Position numbers and translations under genes: made by a program
The notes under the pieces: generated by a model
The model's input: only the letters and a program-made list of their open reading frames with translations
Database searches by the model: none
What the model was told of the DNA's origin: nothing
NCBI GenBank assembly: GCA_021890795.1
Contig: JAKKUO010000046.1
Coordinates: 1 to 21,647 of the forward strand
Reading direction: 5' to 3'
DNA: 21,647 nt
From: Bacillota bacterium
GTDB taxonomy: Bacteria > Bacillota > Sulfobacillia > Symbiobacteriales > ZC4RG38
In this document: positions 16,282-21,647 of the stretch, piece by piece
Numbering within the stretch: the first letter of the stretch is position 1
Layout: each line of letters begins with the position of its first letter

Positions 16282-18092
16282 GGCCCGTAGTCGCCCCCTA
16301 GCTCCGCCTGGGTACGGACCAGCTCCCCGGGCCCCAGGGTGCCCAGGGGGCGGGCCGGGTGGGGCGGCGCCTGGGGCGGGACGGCCTCAGGGCTCGCGGG
16401 GCGGAGGGGCCTGCCGTCCCCGTCCCGGAGGCCCTCTTCCCGGCCGGGTCCCCGGGCCCCGGCCGCAGCCCCTGCCACGGGACCCCCGCCCCGGCCGGAC
16501 CCCCGGAGGGCGGCTTTCACCCGCTCCCAAAAGGGCCGGCCGTCCCGGTGTCCCCCACCCGGACCGGGGGAAGCAGGCCCCGGGCCGGAGCCCTGGCCCA
16601 GCCCCTGGACGCCGGGGCCGTGGCCCCCGGTGTGAGGTCCGGAGAGCCCCAGGCCGCCGCCGGCGGCCCCCCGGCCAGACCCGGCAGGGCCGGCGCCCCC
16701 AGTGCCGGCACCAGGGCTGGCGCCGGCGGCGCCGCCGGGCCCCGCCCCGTTCCACCCGGCCCCGGGGGCAAGGCCGGCGGTGCCCTGGGCGGCCGGCTGC
16801 AAGAAGGACCCCGGCGGGGCGAGGCCCCCCTCTCCCTGCCCCGGGGTCGCCCCCGCGCGGGGCCGGGCCGCACCCGGGGCCAGACCCGGCCCCGGCCGGG
16901 TGGGCCCGGAACCGGCCAGGACCCCCGGGGCTGCCGGCCGGCCCCCGGCCTCGGCCCGGGCTAGGGCCGCGGCGGCTGCCCCGGGGCCGCCCGGTCCGGC
17001 ACTCCCCGAGGCCCCGCTGCCTTCCCCGGGGCCCCGCAGGGTCCGGAGGTACTGGAGGATCCGGCCCAGGGTCTCCCCGTCCACCCGGTGCTGCAGGGCC
17101 AGGGGGGCCACCGCCAGCAGGTCCTCCCCCGCCGCCTCCTTCCGGTCCCCGAGGCAGGCGGAGAGCCGCACCCCCCACAGGATCGCCTGGGCGGCCCGGA
17201 GGCTCTCCAGGCCGAACCGGGCGTAAATCTCCGCGACCTGCCGCCGGACCCAGGGAGGGACCGCCACCTCCTGCAGCCGGGCCGGCCGGGCAGCCATCCG
17301 GGTCCGGTAGGCCTCCAGCCGGGCCGCCTGCGCGGTGGCGGGGGCCCCGCCCAGGGCCAGGGTGCCCTCGAAGTGGGCCAGGATCTCCGCCACCACCTCC
17401 GCCTCCCCCGGCCGGCCGGTGGGGATGACGAAATCGAACCGATCCGAGAGCTGCCGGCGGATCTCTTCCAGGGGCCCGGGGTCCTCGTCCGGGTTGGAGG
17501 CCGCCCAGACCGAGATGGAGACGCTGAGCTCCACCCCCGGCAGGCCCGTCTCCTCGATCTGCACCCGGCCGGGCTTGGTGCCCATCACGTCCAGCAGCAC
17601 GTCCGCCAGTTCCGGGGCGGTCTCCGCCAGCCGGTTGATCTCGTCGACAAAGACGATCCCCCGGTGGGCCCGGGGCAGGGTCCCCGGAAGCAGGGCCGCC
17701 TCGGGCTTCTCCGCATCCACCAGGCGGCCGAGGTCGATGGATCCCACCACGGTGCCGACCTTGGCGGAATGGGAGATCTCCAGAAAGGGCATCGGGATCC
17801 ACTCGGTGCCCAGGGCGGCCACCGCCTCGGGGTCCAGGTCCCGGTGCCGGGGGCAGTGGGGCGCCCCGGGGTCGCAGTTGTACGGGCAGCCCTGGATCCG
17901 GCGGATCCGGGGCAGGAGCCGCTGGGCTCCCCGCAGGATCGTCGTCTTGCCGGTGCCCCGGAGCCCCTCCGCGTGGAGGTGCAGGGGCTGCCCCGCCAGG
18001 GTGGAGAGGATCGACATCTCCACCGCCTGAAGCAGGGCGGCATTGCCGCTGTGCCGGACCAGACCCAGGAGTGACTCGAACCGTGGCTCCAC
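16278..18092 (-). CDS. ChlI/BchI-family (Mg-chelatase I-subunit-like) AAA+ ATPase with a ~260-aa Gly/Pro-rich low-complexity C-terminal tail.
   Basis: Walker A GLRGTGKTT and Walker B IVFVDEINRL. The sensor/arginine-finger region PGRVQIEETGLPGVELSVSISVWAASNPDEDPGPLEEIRRQLSDRFDF is collinear with BchI/ChlI. Cys/His insert GCPYNCDPGAPHCPRH. GTG start with GGAGGG 6 nt upstream. The tail (nt ~16281-17060) is over 80% GC. Confidence 0.75.
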   Translation of the reverse strand: MEPRFESLLGLVRHSGNAALLQAVEMSILSTLAGQPLHLHAEGLRGTGKTTILRGAQRLLPRIRRIQGCPYNCDPGAPHCPRHRDLDPEAVAALGTEWIPMPFLEISHSAKVGTVVGSIDLGRLVDAEKPEAALLPGTLPRAHRGIVFVDEINRLAETAPELADVLLDVMGTKPGRVQIEETGLPGVELSVSISVWAASNPDEDPGPLEEIRRQLSDRFDFVIPTGRPGEAEVVAEILAHFEGTLALGGAPATAQAARLEAYRTRMAARPARLQEVAVPPWVRRQVAEIYARFGLESLRAAQAILWGVRLSACLGDRKEAAGEDLLAVAPLALQHRVDGETLGRILQYLRTLRGPGEGSGASGSAGPGGPGAAAAALARAEAGGRPAAPGVLAGSGPTRPGPGLAPGAARPRAGATPGQGEGGLAPPGSFLQPAAQGTAGLAPGAGWNGAGPGGAAGASPGAGTGGAGPAGSGRGAAGGGLGLSGPHTGGHGPGVQGLGQGSGPGPASPGPGGGHRDGRPFWERVKAALRGSGRGGGPVAGAAAGARGPGREEGLRDGDGRPLRPASPEAVPPQAPPHPARPLGTLGPGELVRTQAELGGDYGP

Positions 18093-18142
18093 GCCGGACC
18101 CTCCGTCTCCCTCAAGCAGTCCCTTCTAGTGTAACCACCCCC

Positions 18143-18181
18143 AGGAAAAAACTGCGGCCCCCCGGCCACCGGGGAGCCGCT
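18143..18181 (-). terminator. Rho-independent terminator downstream of the CDF gene on the minus strand.
   Basis: On the minus strand: gcggc t ccccgg tgg ccgggg g gccgc followed by agtttttt. This is a nested GC stem plus a U6 tract. Confidence 0.6.
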
Positions 18182-18259
18182 GGGCCTCTTCCTCGGGAGC
18201 CGGGGAGCCGCTACGCCTCCTCCTTGGGAACCGGAGAGCCGTCATGCCTCCTGCTCGGG
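18166..18259. repeat. Three tandem ~31-bp direct repeats (ccggggagccgctNNgcctcNtccNNggg) spanning the CDF stop codon and 3' UTR.
   Basis: Copy 1 is 18166-18197, copy 2 is 18198-18228, copy 3 is 18229-18259. Each carries AGGAGG-like SD sequence on the minus strand. Confidence 0.55.
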
Positions 18260-19131
18260 ACCGGGGGCGGGGCGGGCTCCACGTGGACCATCACCCGGTC
18301 GATGGCGCACCAGCCCCGGAGGTGGCTCTCCACCCGCTCGGCCACCCCGTGGCCCTCGGCCACCGTCAGGTTCCGGTCCACCCCGATGGTGACGTCCACC
18401 AGCACCGCGGGCCCCATGTACCGGGCCCGGACGTCGTAGACCGCCGCCACCCCTTCCACCTCCGCCACCCGGGCCCGGATCGCCTCCAATTGGGCCGCGT
18501 CGAAGCCGTCCAGGAGCTGGTGGGCCCCTTCCCGGCCGATCTCCCAGGCGGTCCGGAGGATGAACCCCGCCACCACCAGCCCGGCCACCGGGTCGAGCCA
18601 GGGCAGCCCGAGTTCCGCCCCGGCCACGCCGGCGAGGGCGACCAGGCTGGAGAGGGCGTCCGAGAGGTGGTCCGCGGCAGCCGCCAGGAGGGCCGGGCTC
18701 CCGAGCCGGCGGCCCAGACGCAGGTTGTACTGCCAGACCGCCACCATGACCAGGGCGCCGAAGGCGGCGGCCCAGGCCGCCTCCGGCCGGGGCGCCGCCC
18801 GGGCCGGGTCCAGCAGGGCCCGCACCGCGCCGAGGCCGATCTCCACCGCCACCGTCGCCATGATCCCGCTGACGATGACCGTGGCGAGGGTCTCCGCCCG
18901 CTGGTGGCCGTACTGGTGGTCCGCGTCCGCGGGCCGGCCTGCCACCCGCATGGCCAGCAGCACCGCCAGGGTGCCGGCGATGTCGGTCAGGTTGTTGATC
19001 CCGTCGGCCACCAGGGCCCGGGAGCCGGACCAGAAACCTACCCCGAGTTTGAGCCCGGCCAGGCCGATGTAGGCCGCCAGCCCGACCGCCGCACCCCGCT
19101 GGCCCCGTTCGTAGCGGGCGAGATCGGTCAC
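18211..19131 (-). CDS. Cation diffusion facilitator (CDF) family divalent-metal efflux transporter.
   Basis: Six TM helices. CDF signature HQYGHQRAETLA. C-terminal cytoplasmic domain (VYDVRARYMGPAVLVDVTIGVD...). GTG at 19131 has GGAGG 9 nt upstream. The track start (TTG 19182) is less likely. Confidence 0.8.
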   Translation of the reverse strand: MTDLARYERGQRGAAVGLAAYIGLAGLKLGVGFWSGSRALVADGINNLTDIAGTLAVLLAMRVAGRPADADHQYGHQRAETLATVIVSGIMATVAVEIGLGAVRALLDPARAAPRPEAAWAAAFGALVMVAVWQYNLRLGRRLGSPALLAAAADHLSDALSSLVALAGVAGAELGLPWLDPVAGLVVAGFILRTAWEIGREGAHQLLDGFDAAQLEAIRARVAEVEGVAAVYDVRARYMGPAVLVDVTIGVDRNLTVAEGHGVAERVESHLRGWCAIDRVMVHVEPAPPPVPSRRHDGSPVPKEEA

Positions 19132-19290
19132 GGTGCTTCGCCTCCGGCCAAGAGAGTTGGTCGAGGGAAAAACCCCCGACAAGGCGGAGAGACCCGCGGG
19201 ACCTCCGCCCGACGGGTCTCCGGCTCCGCCCTTGCGCCCATATCCATTTCTGAACCCGAACGTTTCGTCTCAGATTCAGTATACCACGGC
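19132..19290 (-). promoter_or_regulatory. CDF promoter/leader: extended -10 (TGgTATACT, 19278-19286 on the minus strand) in an AT-rich island, followed by a ~140-nt structured leader with two stable hairpins before the SD.
   Basis: Local GC falls sharply at 19235-19290. There is no convincing -35. Leader hairpins: ggagacccg..cgggtctcc (19188-19221) and gtcggggg uuuuu cccucgac (19160-19182). Confidence 0.4.
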
Positions 19291-19324
19291 CATGGGGCGG
19301 CACCCGGCGGTGCCCCAGGCCCAT

Positions 19325-19380
19325 CGAAATATAGCCAGCCCCCAGGGCCACCGAAACATACCCAGCGCCCCAAGGCCACC
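19325..19380. repeat. Imperfect tandem direct repeat, 2 x 28 bp (cgaaatatagccagcccccagggccacc / gaaacatacccagcgccccaaggccacc), between the secF stop and the CDF promoter.
   Basis: About 85% identity with one indel. A partial third copy lies upstream (gccccaggcccat). Confidence 0.5.
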
Positions 19381-19385
19381 GCACC

Positions 19386-20294
19386 TTACCGGGCCCGGGC
19401 AGCCCGGGAGCGCTTGCCCTCCCCGGCCTGCCGCCACCAGTACCAGATGGGGGCGGCAAAACAGATGGAAGAGTAGGCGCCGGCGACCGTGCCGATGAAG
19501 AGGGTAGCGGCAAAGTCCCGGGTGGTCTCGCCCCCGAGCCAGAGGATCGCCGCCAGCACCAGCAGAACCGTCACCGAGGTGTAGAGGGACCGGGTCACGG
19601 TCTCGCTCAGGCTCCGGTTGACCAGGTCCGCCAGGCTCTCGCCCCGGCCCTTCTGTCGCTGCAGGTTCTCCCGGATCCGGTCGAAGATGATGATGGTGTC
19701 GTTTACGGAGTACCCGATAATGGTCAGCACCGCGGCCACAAAGGCCGGCCCCACCTCAAGGCCCAGCAGGGAGACCATTCCCAGGGTGACCAGGACGTCG
19801 TGGACCACGGCGAGGATCGCGGTGACGCCGGAGCGGAACTCAAACCGGAAGCCGATGTAGATCAGCTGGAAGGCTGTGGCGATCAGCACCGCCAGGACCG
19901 CGTTCCGGATCAGCTCCGACCGGATGGTGCCGCTGACGTCATCGACCGACAGGACCGTCACCTCGGTGCCCAGCCGCTCCTTCAGTTTGGCCACCAGGTC
20001 CAGCCGCTCCTGGTCCGTGAGCCGGGGGGTGGTGACGATAAAGTCGGTCCCGACCTCCCCGCCACCGACCTTCTTGACCGCCGGGCTCTTGCCGCTCAGC
20101 TCCGCCACGGCCTCCCGGACCTGGGTCACCGTCAGCTCCTGGCCGAACTGGAGCTCCAACTCGGTGCCGCCGGTGTAGTCGACGCTCAGGTTGATGCCCC
20201 GGGTCGCGAGGCTGACCAGGCCCACGGCGATCACCACCAGGGAGATGGCGAGCCAGACCTTGGCCCACTTGATGAAGTCAAACTGCCGCCGCAT
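19386..20294 (-). CDS. secF: Protein translocase subunit SecF.
   Basis: 302 aa. Collinear with SecF (FDFIKW..., GINLSVDYTGGT, six TM helices). The ATG overlaps the secD stop (TGATG). Confidence 0.9.
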   Translation of the reverse strand: MRRQFDFIKWAKVWLAISLVVIAVGLVSLATRGINLSVDYTGGTELELQFGQELTVTQVREAVAELSGKSPAVKKVGGGEVGTDFIVTTPRLTDQERLDLVAKLKERLGTEVTVLSVDDVSGTIRSELIRNAVLAVLIATAFQLIYIGFRFEFRSGVTAILAVVHDVLVTLGMVSLLGLEVGPAFVAAVLTIIGYSVNDTIIIFDRIRENLQRQKGRGESLADLVNRSLSETVTRSLYTSVTVLLVLAAILWLGGETTRDFAATLFIGTVAGAYSSICFAAPIWYWWRQAGEGKRSRAARAR

Positions 20295-21568
20295 CAGGCC
20301 TGCACCTCCTCCCGGATGCCGAAGAGACTGCGCTTGCTAAACCAGCCGGTGTTGACCGCCAGCACCAGGAGCCATCGGCTGAGGGTGACCGCGGTGAAGA
20401 AGGAGATGGCGGTGCCCAGCCACAGGGTGAGGCCAAAGCCCTTGATGGGCCCGGTGCCGAAGTACTGGAGGATCAGCCCCGCGGCGATGGTGGTGAGGTT
20501 GGCGTCCGCGACCGCCGCAAAGGCCCGGTGGAAGCCGGCGTCGATGGCGCTGCGGAGGCCCGTGCCCTTCCGGAGCTCATCCTTGATCCGCTCGAAGATG
20601 ACGATGTTGGCGTCCACGGACATGCCAAGGGAGAGGACGATACCGGCGATGCCGGGGAGGGTGAGCACCGCGTCAATCGCGATGAGCGCCCCGGCGGTGA
20701 GGAAGAGGTAGACGATCAAGGCCAGGTCCGCCAGGAAGCCGGGGAGCCGGTAGACCGCGACCATGAAGAGCATCACCAGGGCCACGCCCACCGCCCCGGC
20801 CTGCAGGCTCTTCTGGAAAGCCGCCTGGCCCAGGGTGGGGCTGATGCTCCGGTTCTCGATGATGTTGAGCTTCACGGGCAGGGCGCCGCCGTTAATGAGG
20901 CTGGCGAGATCGGCAGCCTCTTGCGCGGTGAAGTCGCCGATGATCTGGGCCTGCCCGCCGGTGATGACGCTCTGCACCACCGGGTTGGAGATCATCTCAT
21001 CGTCGAGGTAGATAGCGATGGGCTGGCCCAGATACTTCCGGGTCGCCTCTTCAAACTTCTTCGGCCCCTCGCCTTTGAGGGAGAGGGCCACCACGAACTT
21101 CCCGGAGGCCGGGTCCTGGACCGCCTGGGCCCGCTCCACGTCGTTGCCGGTGAGGACCTCCTGGCCGTCGGGGCCGACAAACCGCAGGACCGCGGTCTTG
21201 CCCACCATCTCCCGGGCCCGCTCCACATCGTGGACGTCCGCCAGCTCGACGACGATCCGGTCCTGCCCCTCAAGCTGGATATTCGGCTCGCTCACGCCGA
21301 GGGTGTTGACCCGCCGCTCGATCACCCGGGCAGCGTCCTCCATCGCCTGCCGGGTGATGGGGGCATTGGCAGTGGGCTCCCCCTGGAGCACCAGCCGGAC
21401 CCCGCCCGCGATGTCCAGTCCCCGCTTCACGTACTGGGTCAGCGGCCAGACCCTGGAAAAGAGAAAAGCGGCCGTCAGGATCAAAAGAATCAGGGCCGGG
21501 AAGAGGACCCTGGCCCACCTGGTCCTGGCCTGCACCTTGGGCTTGTCCCCCTTCGTTTTCCGTCGCAT
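20294..21568 (-). CDS. secD: Protein translocase subunit SecD.
   Basis: 424 aa. N-terminal TM, periplasmic domain, C-terminal six-TM SecD/RND-like region (GLDIAGG, GGALP...). Directly upstream of secF. Confidence 0.9.
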   Translation of the reverse strand: MRRKTKGDKPKVQARTRWARVLFPALILLILTAAFLFSRVWPLTQYVKRGLDIAGGVRLVLQGEPTANAPITRQAMEDAARVIERRVNTLGVSEPNIQLEGQDRIVVELADVHDVERAREMVGKTAVLRFVGPDGQEVLTGNDVERAQAVQDPASGKFVVALSLKGEGPKKFEEATRKYLGQPIAIYLDDEMISNPVVQSVITGGQAQIIGDFTAQEAADLASLINGGALPVKLNIIENRSISPTLGQAAFQKSLQAGAVGVALVMLFMVAVYRLPGFLADLALIVYLFLTAGALIAIDAVLTLPGIAGIVLSLGMSVDANIVIFERIKDELRKGTGLRSAIDAGFHRAFAAVADANLTTIAAGLILQYFGTGPIKGFGLTLWLGTAISFFTAVTLSRWLLVLAVNTGWFSKRSLFGIREEVQA

Positions 21569-21588
21569 CCAGGTTATGTCCCGACGGG

Positions 21589-21617
21589 ATTATACTCCCG
21601 GGCTGTACAGGTGTCAA
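21589..21617 (-). promoter_or_regulatory. Perfect consensus sigmaA promoter for secDF: TTGACA, 17-nt spacer, TATAAT.
   Basis: Minus-strand -35 TTGACA at rc 21612-21617 and -10 TATAAT at rc 21589-21594, exactly 17 nt apart. The leader to the ATG is only ~13 nt and has no SD. Confidence 0.6.
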
Positions 21618-21647
21618 CGAAGCCGTCGGAGAGTTCTTGCCGAGCCC

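Noticed and set aside
18073-18082. tRNA T-loop-like GGTTCGAGTC on the minus strand.
   Set aside because: It lies inside the first codons of the ChlI-like ATPase (..PRFES..). There is no acceptor, D or anticodon stem around it. No tRNA or rRNA genes are evident anywhere in the window.
18166-19380. Possibility that the tandem repeats at 18166-18259 or 19325-19380 are a CRISPR array.
   Set aside because: There are only 2-3 adjacent copies with no unique spacers between them. The repeats are imperfect and overlap a CDS end. This is not CRISPR architecture.

Overview
This is a very GC-rich (~70-75%) window from a Firmicutes-type chromosome (Symbiobacterium/Thermaerobacter-like). It is densely coding with a strong GC3 bias, which produces many long spurious antisense ORFs.

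Plus strand, left part: a floT (flotillin)–nfeD–zur–lgt cluster. The zur promoter has a Zur-box-like palindrome. A strong bidirectional terminator follows lgt.

Minus strand, 5.0-14.1 kb: hemZ, a MarR-family regulator, an MBL-fold hydrolase, and the conserved recJ-apt-relA-dtd block.

Minus strand, right end: secF and secD, with a perfect consensus sigmaA promoter upstream of secD.

Between secF and recJ sits a three-gene module that looks like an insertion: a CDF metal exporter, a ChlI/BchI-family AAA+ ATPase, and a VWA/MIDAS protein. The CDF gene has a structured leader and an AT-rich promoter island. The ATPase carries a ~260-aa Gly/Pro-rich tail and is translationally coupled to the VWA gene. 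The VWA protein has an unrecognised N-terminal domain and a possible winged-helix domain. I rank this pair as the most likely novel system in the window.

The left edge holds a partial gene (minus strand) for a secreted 'copper-amine-oxidase N-terminal/stalk' domain protein with five 42-bp charged tandem repeats.

I see no rRNA, tRNA, CRISPR array or obvious mobile element.
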